Positions 10,741-21,159 of a DNA stretch of 64,000 bases are shown here, in pieces. Every line of letters starts with the position of its first letter. The stretch's first letter is position 1. Under the pieces are notes generated by a model. It ran no database searches. It worked only from the letters and a program-made list of their open reading frames with translations, and had not been told where the DNA came from. Source of the DNA: a bacterium (GTDB lineage Bacteria > Electryoneota > JAOADG01); contig OY820579.1 of NCBI GenBank assembly GCA_963681965.1, forward strand, positions 2,464,001 to 2,528,000, in the 5' to 3' direction. The position numbers and the translations under genes were made by a program.

Positions 10741-11859
10741 ATGGCAAAATGTTTTATATCTTATAGTGAATCATATCGATCCGTTATGGAGATGATAAAG
10801 AAATTAGTCGAAACTCTCGGATTTGAAGTAGATTGTTTTGATGAACCCGATATAAATCGACCACCCATTCAGCTTTCACAACAAAGAATTGCTAGTGCAG
10901 ATTGTGTCGTAATAATTATTGGTCCAAAGAATCGCGAGGAGACCATTTCAGCACCCTGGCCAGCAGAAGAAGGGGTATACGCAATAGCCAAAGAAAAACC
11001 TGTAGCTTTGTTCATTCATCCAAATACTCAACTACCTGAATCTTTACAAAATTTGCAAACACCAGCCCGATTTAATTTTTGGGATATAAATGACCAAATG
11101 CGAAATATTCATAATATTCTAAAACATCTTCTAGATCTTAAAAGGAGAATTGATCTTCCTCCAGGGACTCAACCATTTTTATATACAAAGTCCATTTCCA
11201 GAAATCGAATTTCTCGAACAGGGTCGCTCACTGTTCAAATTTATAGTGAGGTTGTTGCTCGCCAGGAATGTTCCCGTTTCCATCATGCTTTGGATACTGG
11301 ACTAGACAATCGCAAATCGGCAATAATCAAATTAGTTAATGATAATTCTTATTACATCGAAACTACATTAGGGAGCGAAAGTCACCGGGCTTCCATTGAA
11401 ATCGCACCATGTACCGATCAACAGATTCCTTACTTTGTTAATGTCGAACCACCTTTGGCTCCAGGTGAACGATTAGGTTATCAGAGAGAATTCGAAGTTC
11501 AAAATTGGTTCCCCTTAACTCAAGTTGAATTAAAGAAAATTTCTGAAGAACCAGGATTTCCTTTAGAGTATATTCAAGACGGAAAAATTTATTACGGGGA
11601 TGTTTACGATGTGTTTTACGAAATGGAAGCGATAACTCTTGCGATTCATATTCCTCGACGATATCCAATTAAGTCTATTCGAGCATTGGCTTTATCGTCG
11701 ACAGCACGGACATTGAATGTTGGTGAAACTGAAAAAATAAATAAAAAGGAAGTGATCAGTCTCGTAACACTTCCTGAAAGCAGTGAACAAGTGATTTGTT
11801 TAAATGTTCGACCACCATTAATCAATCATCGATATGCACTTTTATATGAACCAGAATGA
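10741..11859 (+). CDS. TIR/DUF4062-like N-terminal domain protein (AT-rich insert)
   Basis: KCFISYS...IASADCVVIII...WPAEEGVYA is TIR-like with a candidate catalytic Glu; visibly AT-richer than the flanks. Start taken at ATG 10741. Confidence 0.65.
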   Translation: MAKCFISYSESYRSVMEMIKKLVETLGFEVDCFDEPDINRPPIQLSQQRIASADCVVIIIGPKNREETISAPWPAEEGVYAIAKEKPVALFIHPNTQLPESLQNLQTPARFNFWDINDQMRNIHNILKHLLDLKRRIDLPPGTQPFLYTKSISRNRISRTGSLTVQIYSEVVARQECSRFHHALDTGLDNRKSAIIKLVNDNSYYIETTLGSESHRASIEIAPCTDQQIPYFVNVEPPLAPGERLGYQREFEVQNWFPLTQVELKKISEEPGFPLEYIQDGKIYYGDVYDVFYEMEAITLAIHIPRRYPIKSIRALALSSTARTLNVGETEKINKKEVISLVTLPESSEQVICLNVRPPLINHRYALLYEPE

Positions 11860-11902
11860 ATTTTTCATTCCATCAAGCAAAAATTGAAATGCATTATTAC
11901 TG

Positions 11903-12049
11903 ATGATTTCGATACTAGTCGACATGAAGCAGACCCACGGCGAATACTCTTTTCACTTCAACGGCGCATTGCTCGCTGACGGAAGCTATTTCGTTCGATT
12001 AACCGCAGGCAATTATTCGAAGACGCAGAAAACCATTCTGTTGAAGTAG
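11903..12049 (+). pseudogene. Orphan remnant of a T9SS-type C-terminal sorting domain
   Basis: Translates ...ILVDMKQTHGEYSFHFNGALLADGSYFVRLTAGNYSKTQKTILLK*, homologous to the C-terminus of 13379..15196 (...LASGTYFVRMKAGEVVKHQKLVLLK*). Confidence 0.7.
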
Positions 12050-12054
12050 GTCAT

Positions 12055-13041
12055 TTATCGGCTCATTGGGCTGAACTCGGTATTGAAAAAATTGCGCTGT
12101 TTATTTTCATCCTTGGTCGCTCGTTCCTGCGTTATCTCCTCAGTTATCCAGCATGGAACCTTGGTCTTGTCAGAGAGTTGAGCGGGTTCATATTGCCATT
12201 CGCGCACTCCGCTTGATAGGAATATTTCATCGATGTCTGGCATCTGTTCCGGATCCATGGATTTTATCGCAATCACTTTTCCATTACGATTGATGAGAAT
12301 TTGCACCGTAAATGACTTGATTTCACTGCCATACCTGAACGGGGAAGTGTATCGCCTGTCATAACGCTTCGGTAATGAATCGGCAACTGGACATTTTTGA
12401 TTCAATTTAATAATCTCGTAATCCGGGTCGGTGGTATCGGCATAACAAAACGGATTGACATCACGTTTTCTTCCAAGTGCATTTATGAAATTCCCCATTA
12501 CATTCCCTTCCGAGTGTTCGTCCCAAAATAGACTCAGACCGTCATCATTGTCACCGAAAGATCTGACAAATTCAGGATAACGGCTTTTACTATTGTGACA
12601 AATTAATGAGCTATGATCAAAGCTGACGTTCTGAAAGCGAACCGAGTACGATATTGTGGCATAGGGAACATTATATGAAGTTCCAGCATTGGGAAATTTT
12701 TCAAACCCTCTTGGCGCGTACATGGCTGTAGTTCTTTTAACTATATAGGTGCCAGTGATCTTGATATCGGCTTTTGGATCCTTATAGTAGTGTATCACGT
12801 ATCCTTTGGAAGCTAGTTTCTCACCGACTTTACGACCAAACGCTTTCATGAAAAAATCTGTGCCGGCTTTTTCCCCGCTCTGGTCGTCACTGTAGATACA
12901 GATAACAGTGACTTTACTCAGGTCATGTTTCAGTTCTGGGGAAATCCGCACATCAACTTTATACATGCAACCAGTAAGCAGCATTAGGATAATAAATATG
13001 ACTGGGAAAGTGCGTGAAAGTGACAAGTGATGGAAGGACAT
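12055..13041 (-). CDS. Putative lipoprotein with TonB C-terminal-like region
   Basis: Lipobox LLTGC; VQILINRNGKV...VREWQYEPA...KVPCWI resembles TonB_C. Confidence 0.6.
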   Translation of the reverse strand: MSFHHLSLSRTFPVIFIILMLLTGCMYKVDVRISPELKHDLSKVTVICIYSDDQSGEKAGTDFFMKAFGRKVGEKLASKGYVIHYYKDPKADIKITGTYIVKRTTAMYAPRGFEKFPNAGTSYNVPYATISYSVRFQNVSFDHSSLICHNSKSRYPEFVRSFGDNDDGLSLFWDEHSEGNVMGNFINALGRKRDVNPFCYADTTDPDYEIIKLNQKCPVADSLPKRYDRRYTSPFRYGSEIKSFTVQILINRNGKVIAIKSMDPEQMPDIDEIFLSSGVREWQYEPAQLSDKTKVPCWITEEITQERATKDENKQRNFFNTEFSPMSR

Positions 13042-13378
13042 GCGAATTTCTCCGATTTCAGGGATTCGTATTGACTCCGAACCGATACTTACTTTGAGAA
13101 TTAATTAAGGGTCACTTGGCTTTCAAGTCAAGCTGTAGCGATCTTTTTCCAAAATTAGATCGCCAATCCGGAAATCGGCAGTAAGAACAATTATCTCAAA
13201 AGACCCTCCCTTGGAAGATTAGTCCATTTCGTCGACGCTGGAGACAAATCGAGAATCTGCGATATTTCGATTCTACTATTGATTTATCCGTAAACTGGCT
13301 CGATATTGATTAACAATACTATTCATTCTCATCCAATTCAGATATCCTCGTCATCTGGCTGCCAAGATAGGAGAACTT

Positions 13379-15196
13379 GTGAAGACGGTGCGATTTATTC
13401 TGCTTCTAACGATCGTTGCTATTGCATTTCCGGCGTTCGGTCGGCAATATTCGTTTAACTTCTCGACGATCGATTCAACTCAAATTGGTAATCCCATCTT
13501 ATTTCAGGGTTCCTCATTGCCTGTTGGCTGTCTCGTACAAGTGATCCGACCGGCTGGACCGTTGCATCCGCCAATCAATTCCGGGACGCTGCGCGGAATG
13601 CCTTCCTACGGTGATGTGGAAAGTACCCGGTTTGGCATCGGCGATAGCTTGGTTAATCCCGGCAATTTTCACGTTACTTTGACCGGTCAATCAGCATTTC
13701 CACAGAATCTTCAAACGCAGACTTCACTCAACTCCGGGATGGAATTCTACTTTCGGGTCTGGTCGGATGTCGCAGATACTGCAACTGCACCGTTTCCCGA
13801 TGGTGCACACTACGTCGACGGCGGACCGTATACCGTTCCGGAATACAGTACTTCCATTCAAACAATCTGGTGCGTCCACGTTCATCCGACTTCCGCTGCA
13901 CCCGATTGGCGGGTTTGCGATGCGAGCCATGTACCGGTAATGCAGTTGGGGGGCTTGGTCAACAACACGCTCCAATGTGGATCGGTGGCGATCGGTGATA
14001 GCGTTTTACATACTGTAACGATTAGAAATACCGGATCGATCGACCTCTGTATCAGCAATTACACGGCAATTGGCGATTTTTACGTTGATTCTTTCCCCGC
14101 GATTGTCGCTCCGGGAAGTGTGACCGAAGTACCGATCGGTTTTCGACCAACTATTGGTGGAGTGCGGAATGGCAATTTTATTTTTCATAATAACAGTGCC
14201 GAGGATGAGTATAGCATCAATCTGACGGGAATTGGCACGCCGAATCCATTACCACCAATAACTGTAACCCTTGCCGATGGACGACCTGTAGGTAATGCGC
14301 TCTTTTTTGGAGATGTGCCGATGGGAAATGTTTTGACACATACGCTCGCCATCACCAATACCGATTCAACCACCATTACTTTGACCAACGTTCATGCTAC
14401 TGGCGATTTTCACTATGCCATGGTCTCGAATCAAATTCCCGGCGGTGGTCAGATCTTTACCGAGGTAACTTTTATTCCAACTGCGGCTGGAACGCGGAGC
14501 GGATCGTTTGGATTTACTTGTAATCCCTCGGGAATCACTTATTCATTGGAGTTGGAAGGTAATGGAATACTAGTTCCTGTTCCGGCGATGGATGTGTCGC
14601 AAGATGGTTATCCGTTGACGGATCCCTTACAGTTTAATCCGACAACGATCGGTGTTCCAACGACACGAACGATTCGGGTGACCAACGTCGGTACTGCGAA
14701 TTTGACACTGGGTTACGGGAGTTGTACGGGTGATTATTCTAATTCCCAAACAAGTACAACCATTCTTCCGAGTGAGAATTTCGATATCGTGCTGACTTTC
14801 TCACCGACGGAAGTCGGTACTAGAACTGGTACTTTCACACTTTCGCATAATATTTCAAATCAACCACTCGTGATCATTCTTCAGGGACAATGTAATACTA
14901 TCGAGCAGACTGGCGATCCTGCCGATCCAGTCATCTCAGCGTTCTCACTCTCAAGTTATCCCAACCCATTCAATGCCACAACTGAAATTCGCTATTCGAT
15001 TTCGAAGAGTGAAAAAGTCGATCTTAGGGTATTCGACCTTACCGGTCGAGAAATCGCGAATTTGGTGAATCGAATGCAGAATTCCGGCAGCTACAAATGC
15101 CGTTTTGATGGAAGGTCACTTGCTAGTGGCACCTATTTTGTGCGGATGAAGGCGGGCGAAGTCGTGAAGCACCAAAAACTGGTTTTGTTGAAGTAG
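13379..15196 (+). CDS. Secreted protein with three ASH/choice-of-anchor-D Ig-like repeats and a T9SS type A sorting domain
   Basis: Signal peptide; repeated TxTIxNxGxxxL...FxPT..G.R.G.F motifs; YPNPFNATTEIRY...QKLVLLK C-terminus. Confidence 0.85.
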   Translation: MKTVRFILLLTIVAIAFPAFGRQYSFNFSTIDSTQIGNPILFQGSSLPVGCLVQVIRPAGPLHPPINSGTLRGMPSYGDVESTRFGIGDSLVNPGNFHVTLTGQSAFPQNLQTQTSLNSGMEFYFRVWSDVADTATAPFPDGAHYVDGGPYTVPEYSTSIQTIWCVHVHPTSAAPDWRVCDASHVPVMQLGGLVNNTLQCGSVAIGDSVLHTVTIRNTGSIDLCISNYTAIGDFYVDSFPAIVAPGSVTEVPIGFRPTIGGVRNGNFIFHNNSAEDEYSINLTGIGTPNPLPPITVTLADGRPVGNALFFGDVPMGNVLTHTLAITNTDSTTITLTNVHATGDFHYAMVSNQIPGGGQIFTEVTFIPTAAGTRSGSFGFTCNPSGITYSLELEGNGILVPVPAMDVSQDGYPLTDPLQFNPTTIGVPTTRTIRVTNVGTANLTLGYGSCTGDYSNSQTSTTILPSENFDIVLTFSPTEVGTRTGTFTLSHNISNQPLVIILQGQCNTIEQTGDPADPVISAFSLSSYPNPFNATTEIRYSISKSEKVDLRVFDLTGREIANLVNRMQNSGSYKCRFDGRSLASGTYFVRMKAGEVVKHQKLVLLK

Positions 15197-15217
15197 GTGC
15201 ATTTGCGAAAACAAAGT

Positions 15218-15284
15218 GGCTCGGAATTTATTCCGAGCCTTTTTTTTGGGGGGAGGTGGGGATTTATCCCCGCCTTTTTTTTTT
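15218..15284 (+). terminator. Tandem Rho-independent terminators
   Basis: GGCTCGGAA/TTCCGAGCC + T run, then GGTGGGGAT/ATCCCCGCC + T run. Confidence 0.75.
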
Positions 15285-15510
15285 AAAAAATCCGATTCTG
15301 TAATCTGCAGTAAGACCAATTTCGATAGGGCAGCATTTATATTATTCATCGGAATAAATTCCGATATATAGAACATAATCGCAGGCTCGGATGCCTACAC
15401 TACCAAAATTGATTGAAAATGAATAATATATTTTCAGTATTAAGATAAAAAGGGTAAGAAACTGATAATTAGCGAATATCTCCTCAATTTCCGATCCACC
15501 CCGGATTTAG

Positions 15511-16269
15511 TTGAAAAAGTTAACTGCTTCCAATATATTAGAAGGTTTCAGAGAACTACCGATGCTAGAAGAATTGATGGATCGGCGCGAAGCGCTGCTC
15601 GGGGAAATTGCCGACGTCTGCCAGCGCTGTGGGCGCGACCCGGCGACGGTGCGAATTGTCGCTGTGACGAAATTTCACCCGGTTTCGTTAATTGAAGCGG
15701 CGTATGCCGCCGGTTTCCGGGAGATCGGTGAGAACCGGATTCAGGAAGCCGCCGAGAAACATGCGACGCTGTCAGGATTGGCTTTGCGCTGGCACGGGAT
15801 CGGTCATCTCCAAACCAACAAAGCGAAACTGGCGGTGGAAACATTCGACGAGATTCACAGTCTCGATCGTATTGAAATCATCGATAAAATCGCACAAGCC
15901 GCATCGTCACAGGGCAAACAACTTGCAGGCTATCTGCAAGTCAATGTCTCCGGCAAATCGGGACAGAGTGGTTGTCTTGCGGAAGATGCACCGGAGTTGC
16001 TGCAGCGGATGAAGAGCAGTGGTTCGATCGTTCCGGTCGGGTTGATGTGTATCGCTGCTCCCGTCGATGAAGTCGGCGAGACCGAAGTTCGGAAAGAATT
16101 TGGAAAAGTACGCGAGTTGCGCGATCGCTTGATCTCCGAAAAGTTACTGCCGGACGATGCCGGGATGTCGATGGGGATGAGTGGCGATTGGCAACTGGCA
16201 GTGTTGGAAGGTGCAACAATCATTCGAATTGGTTCGGCGTTATTCGGCGAAAGGGTATATCCGCGATGA
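15511..16269 (+). CDS. yggS: YggS family PLP homeostasis protein (true start may be ATG 15562 or 15577)
   Basis: VAVTKF, GENRIQE, WHGIGHLQTNK, SMGMSGD, IRIGSALFG. Confidence 0.92.
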   Translation: MKKLTASNILEGFRELPMLEELMDRREALLGEIADVCQRCGRDPATVRIVAVTKFHPVSLIEAAYAAGFREIGENRIQEAAEKHATLSGLALRWHGIGHLQTNKAKLAVETFDEIHSLDRIEIIDKIAQAASSQGKQLAGYLQVNVSGKSGQSGCLAEDAPELLQRMKSSGSIVPVGLMCIAAPVDEVGETEVRKEFGKVRELRDRLISEKLLPDDAGMSMGMSGDWQLAVLEGATIIRIGSALFGERVYPR

Positions 16270-16760
16270 GATTAACAGTACAGGAAATCCGCCGGCACCA
16301 TTTCAACCGGAAGGTGCGCGGTTACGACCCGGTGGAAGTCGAAGCGTTTCTGGAATTGGTAGCGCAGGAGATGGAAGTCGCATTCCGGGAATTAAATGAA
16401 TCGCGGGTGAAGATCCAAGCCTACGACAAAGAGCTGAACGATTATAAAGTCCGGGAAAAAACGCTGCAGGATGCACTGAAACACGCACAGGAGACAGCCG
16501 AACAGATTACCGAGTCGGCGCGACGTAACGCCGAATTGCAGTTGAAAGAAGCGCAGGTCGAGATCGAGCGCGCGAAACAAAAAGGGGTTGCGGATTTACG
16601 TACCATTCAAGAAGAGACGATTAAATTGGAAGTTCAGAAGGAGAGTTTCCTGCGGCGGCTGAGGTACATGCTTCAAGCCGAAGAAGAATTGCTGGAAATC
16701 CTCTCCAACAATGGTAATGTAGATTCGACCCATTCGGAACAGAAAACGAGTTCGAAGTGA
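16266..16760 (+). CDS. divIVA: DivIVA domain protein
   Basis: MRLTVQEIRRHHFNRKVRGYDPVEVEAFL plus coiled coil; ATGA overlap with yggS. Confidence 0.88.
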   Translation: MRLTVQEIRRHHFNRKVRGYDPVEVEAFLELVAQEMEVAFRELNESRVKIQAYDKELNDYKVREKTLQDALKHAQETAEQITESARRNAELQLKEAQVEIERAKQKGVADLRTIQEETIKLEVQKESFLRRLRYMLQAEEELLEILSNNGNVDSTHSEQKTSSK

Positions 16761-19700
16761 ATACGGCAAGGAAATTTAAGAAAGCGGCAGTCCGCCCCGA
16801 TTTTCGGGTGCTGGATCGTAAATGGCAGACCATTTGGAAAGAGCGCAAGCTGTTCGATGTAACGAATGAGCAGCGCAATGACGCGGAACCGTGGGTCTTT
16901 TTCGATGGTCCTCCCGGCACGAACGGCGTGCCGCACATCGGTCACATGATGCAATCGGCATTGAAAGATGTATGGCCGCGATTCTGGACTATGCGCGGCA
17001 AGAAAGTGATTCGCCGCGCCGGTTGGGACACGCACGGTCTTCCGGTCGAATTGACCGCGGAGAAAGAACTCGGTATTCAGACCAAGCGCGGGATTGAAGC
17101 GTTTGGTGTACAGAAGTATATCGACTATTGCCGCGACACCGTATTCCGGTATAAATCGAAGTGGGAAGAGGCGATCGAGCGCATCGGTCGAGAGATTAGT
17201 CTCGACGATGCATACGCGACCTATCGCGAACCGTATATCCAGACCGACTGGTGGTTCTTGCAGCGTGCGTGGCGTACCCAGATCAACGATCAGGGTGAAT
17301 TGCGTTATAGCGACGAACTGCAGGAAGGGTTTAAGCGTCTGGTCTATCGCAATTACCGGATCATGCCCTATTGCTGCCGGTGCGGAACACCACTCTCGAA
17401 TTTCGAAATTGCGCAGGGTTACAAAACCGTTCCGGATTTAACACTATTTGCCAAATTTCCGTTGCGTGACGATCCGAATACTTCGTTTGTGGCGTGGACG
17501 ACGACTGCATGGACGCTGCTTTCGAATGTAGCGCTCGCGGTCGGTCCCGACATTGAATATGTCACCATCGCACTGAAAGAAGCTTCTACGGCGGGAAAAG
17601 CCGGTGAGAAATTTATCGTTGCGAATGCACGGCTGGAAGCGCTCGCCCCGTATTTGCCGAAGTACGACATCATCGACCGGAAATCCGGTTCCGAATTGGT
17701 CGGTGTGAAGTACCGTCCACTCTGGGATTGGCAAGCTTCCGACGCCGATCATTTTGTCATTGCCGATACCTACGTGACTACCGAAGACGGATCCGGTATC
17801 GTGCACCTTGCCGCTTACGGTGAGGACGACTTCCGCTTGATCCGGCAGTACGGCTTGTCGCTGGTGCAGAATGTCGATGAAAACGGCAATGTGCTGGAAT
17901 CAATTCCCGAGTACGGCGGTCGATTCTTCAAAGCGAAGAATGACAAGGGCGACACACTGCTCGATCTCGATGTTTTGAAGGATCTCCACAGCCGCAATTT
18001 GCTGTTTGCGAAAGAGAAACACGAGCACGAGTACCCCTTCTGCTATCGTTGCGATACTCCATTGATGTACTTCGCCCGTGCGGGATGGTTCATCCGCATG
18101 ACCGAACTCAAGACGCGTTTGATCGAAGGCAATCAGACCATTCGGTGGCAGCCGGAACATATCCGCGACGGTCGATTCGGCAATTGGCTGGAAAACGTTA
18201 TCGATTGGAACTTCACTCGCGAGCGGTATTGGGGCAGTCCGCTACCGATCTGGACGAACCGGAAGGAAGGTGGGGAGTACCGGGAATACTGTATTGGTTC
18301 GCGCAAAGAACTCGAAGAACTGGCACTTGACCCAATCCCCGACGGATTCGATCTGCATAAACCGATCATCGACGAGATCCGGATCAAGCATCCGGTGACG
18401 GGTGAACCGCTTTACCGGGAGAATTTCGTACTCGATAGCTGGTTCGATGCCGGCATGATGCCGTGGGGTCAGTGGGGATATCCCTATGAACCGGGTTCGG
18501 TCGAGACAATGGATGGTCGCGACAAGCAATATCCCTGCGACTTCATCTGCGAAGCGATCGATCAGACCCGCGGATGGTTCTATACGCTATTGGCGTGTTC
18601 GGTTTTACACCGAATCGTGGAAGAGGCACGCGGCACGCCTGCCGACAAACTACCGGCATTCAGCAGCTACAAGACGGTCATCTGCACTGAACTCATCATG
18701 GATGACAAAGGTCAGAAGATGTCGAAGAGTAAGGGGAATGTTGTCGACCCGGTCAAGCTGTTCGATAAATATGGCGCCGATCCGGTGCGATGGTTGTTCT
18801 ACGGCTCAAATCCGTGGATGGTGAAGAAATTCTCCGAAGCCGGTCTGGAAGAAGGCATCCAACAGGTGCTCTTGCCGGTTTGGAATGCCTATGTATTCTT
18901 CACAACCTATGCCGAAGCGGATGGTTGGGAACCGACCAGGGATTCAGTGCAGTACTCGGAGTTGGATCGCTGGATTTTAGTGAATTTGCATACTTTGATC
19001 AACAAAGTCACCGAATCGTTGGAAGACTTCGATGTCGCGGTTGCAGCGCAAGCATTCGCGACATTCTTTGACGAATTGAATAACTGGTATATCCGCCGGT
19101 CGCGCCGCCGTTTCTGGAAGAGTGAAAGCGACGAAGATAAAAATGCGGCATTCACTACTTTGCATGAAGTGTTATTGACGGTATCGAAGCTTTTAGCGCC
19201 ATTTGCGCCGCATTTAGCGGAAGAAATTTATTCTGGGATGGCGCGAGTCGATCCGGATCAGAATATTCAGCAATCGGTTCATTTGACGGTTTGGCCTACG
19301 AAAGTGGCTATCACTGAAGAAGAGAAGTGGTTGTTGGAAAAACACCAGATGGTGCGGGAAATCGTGACGGATGGACACTTTTTGCGACAGACCGCGAATT
19401 TGCGCGTACGTCAACCACTAAGTGAATTGAAGGTCTTTGGAGCCGGTGTCGATAATAAAGTATTAGCCGATATCGTTCAATCAATTGACATCATCACCGA
19501 CGAATTGAATGTGAAGCAGGTCACTTTTGTGGAATCTGCACAAGAGTTGGTCTCTTTCGTTGCCAAGCCGAATCTGAAGATTTTAGGTCCTAGACTCGGC
19601 GGGAAACTTAAGACGGTAACGGAAGGGATTAAACAGCTCGTATCCAGTGACATTGCGGTGTTGAAAGCTGGCAAAGCAATTGTTGTTACTGGTGAATCCC

Positions 19701-20083
19701 TGACTAGCGGCGATGTGTTAATTGATTGTGTTGCCGCAACCAATTGGGTGGCGCGATCGGAAGGTAACTGGATCGTAGCACTCAATACTGAACTGGACGA
19801 AGGTTTGCTTGCGGAGGGATTCGTACGCGAGCTGGTAAATCGGTTGCAGAACGCCCGCAAAAATGCCGATTTTCATGTTACCGATCGGATTCGGGTTACA
19901 CTCTGGGGCGCCGACAATTGTTTAGCGCCATTGGACCAACCAGAGTTAAGGAATTACCTGGAGCGGGAAACACTGTGTGTAGAATTGATCGTCGCGTCCG
20001 ATTTAGGCGCCATGGCTGAACAGGATGTTTCCGGCAAATCGGTCGCCTGGAATGTCGAACGAGTTTCCAATACAAAGGATTAA
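16757..20083 (+). CDS. ileS: Isoleucine--tRNA ligase, type 2 (IleRS2)
   Basis: DGPP..NG.PHIGH, GWDTHGLP, WTTT.WTL, KMSKS; C-terminus EGFVRELVNRLQNARK..DFHVTDRI without the C-terminal zinc finger. Confidence 0.96.
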   Translation: MNTARKFKKAAVRPDFRVLDRKWQTIWKERKLFDVTNEQRNDAEPWVFFDGPPGTNGVPHIGHMMQSALKDVWPRFWTMRGKKVIRRAGWDTHGLPVELTAEKELGIQTKRGIEAFGVQKYIDYCRDTVFRYKSKWEEAIERIGREISLDDAYATYREPYIQTDWWFLQRAWRTQINDQGELRYSDELQEGFKRLVYRNYRIMPYCCRCGTPLSNFEIAQGYKTVPDLTLFAKFPLRDDPNTSFVAWTTTAWTLLSNVALAVGPDIEYVTIALKEASTAGKAGEKFIVANARLEALAPYLPKYDIIDRKSGSELVGVKYRPLWDWQASDADHFVIADTYVTTEDGSGIVHLAAYGEDDFRLIRQYGLSLVQNVDENGNVLESIPEYGGRFFKAKNDKGDTLLDLDVLKDLHSRNLLFAKEKHEHEYPFCYRCDTPLMYFARAGWFIRMTELKTRLIEGNQTIRWQPEHIRDGRFGNWLENVIDWNFTRERYWGSPLPIWTNRKEGGEYREYCIGSRKELEELALDPIPDGFDLHKPIIDEIRIKHPVTGEPLYRENFVLDSWFDAGMMPWGQWGYPYEPGSVETMDGRDKQYPCDFICEAIDQTRGWFYTLLACSVLHRIVEEARGTPADKLPAFSSYKTVICTELIMDDKGQKMSKSKGNVVDPVKLFDKYGADPVRWLFYGSNPWMVKKFSEAGLEEGIQQVLLPVWNAYVFFTTYAEADGWEPTRDSVQYSELDRWILVNLHTLINKVTESLEDFDVAVAAQAFATFFDELNNWYIRRSRRRFWKSESDEDKNAAFTTLHEVLLTVSKLLAPFAPHLAEEIYSGMARVDPDQNIQQSVHLTVWPTKVAITEEEKWLLEKHQMVREIVTDGHFLRQTANLRVRQPLSELKVFGAGVDNKVLADIVQSIDIITDELNVKQVTFVESAQELVSFVAKPNLKILGPRLGGKLKTVTEGIKQLVSSDIAVLKAGKAIVVTGESLTSGDVLIDCVAATNWVARSEGNWIVALNTELDEGLLAEGFVRELVNRLQNARKNADFHVTDRIRVTLWGADNCLAPLDQPELRNYLERETLCVELIVASDLGAMAEQDVSGKSVAWNVERVSNTKD

Positions 20084-20086
20084 CGT

Positions 20087-20476
20087 ATGTCCGAACCTCG
20101 CTTGTATACAGTGGAAGACGCACCGCATTTTAAAGAATTGCTGGTGAAACGTCGCACTCAGCTCTTGATCGATCTTGGATATATCGAAGATACCGCGATC
20201 AAGACCTCGCTTGCCGATTATACCGGCGATGCCTCGACTTACTCTTATCACATGGCAGATCAGGGTACGGACGCACAGGAACGCGAAAAGGCAATAATGT
20301 TCGCCGGTCGCGAAGGAAAATACCTGACCCAAATCGAGCAGGCGTTAAAGCGGATCGAAGATGGTACATACGGGATTTGCACGGTCACCGGACAGCCGAT
20401 CGAATTTGCTCGACTGGAAGCAATTCCAACCACGACCAAATGTGCTTCGGCAAAGCTAGGTGAAAAGGATAAATGA
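20087..20476 (+). CDS. TraR/DksA family protein (2-Cys variant)
   Basis: HMADQGTD, ALKRIEDGTYGIC..TG..I...RLEAIP. Confidence 0.88.
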   Translation: MSEPRLYTVEDAPHFKELLVKRRTQLLIDLGYIEDTAIKTSLADYTGDASTYSYHMADQGTDAQEREKAIMFAGREGKYLTQIEQALKRIEDGTYGICTVTGQPIEFARLEAIPTTTKCASAKLGEKDK

Positions 20477-20625
20477 ACGTTCGTTCAGAATCTGTCTGCG
20501 ATCGATAACTATAATTAATTGGGTCTTCCAATTTCGTTGTTACACACTGACAATGTTCAGTAAATTGGAGGCGGGGCAAACGTGTCCCGCCTTATTGTTT
20601 AATCGTTACTCGAATCTGGTTTACG

Positions 20626-21159
20626 ATGAAAAAATATCAACCCGCAATCCTCTGGTTCATTATTGCAGCCGTGTGGATTGCGCTTGATCAGATTACCAAG
20701 CATTTTGCCATGATGTATTTGCAACCGATCGGTTCAAAATCGATAATTGGCGATCTGTTGCGGTTTACTTACGCCGAAAATCGGGGCATGGCTTTCAGTA
20801 TTTCAATATTTCCACCATGGTTTCTCTCGGTGGTGAAAATCGTCGCTGCGGTGGTCATATCAATTATTATATTGCGCGATCCCAAAGCTACTTTTCGGAA
20901 TTTTTGCTTTTCGCTGATATTGGCGGGAGCTGTCGGGAATGTGATTGATCGCCTGCACTACGGATTCGTGGTGGATTTTATCGATGTCGACTTTCCCGAT
21001 TTTATTATGCAGCGCTGGCCGATCTTCAACTTAGCCGATTCGGGTATCTCAGTCGGTGTGACACTATTTGCAATCTATCATATTTTTATCGAACCTAAAC
21101 TGGTACCGTTACCACCGAAAAATACAACTTCACTTGCCGGATCAAATGAAAAAAATTAG
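20626..21159 (+). CDS. lspA: Signal peptidase II
   Basis: DQITK, NRGMAFS, GAVGNVIDR, VVDFI, FNLADSGI. Confidence 0.95.
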   Translation: MKKYQPAILWFIIAAVWIALDQITKHFAMMYLQPIGSKSIIGDLLRFTYAENRGMAFSISIFPPWFLSVVKIVAAVVISIIILRDPKATFRNFCFSLILAGAVGNVIDRLHYGFVVDFIDVDFPDFIMQRWPIFNLADSGISVGVTLFAIYHIFIEPKLVPLPPKNTTSLAGSNEKN

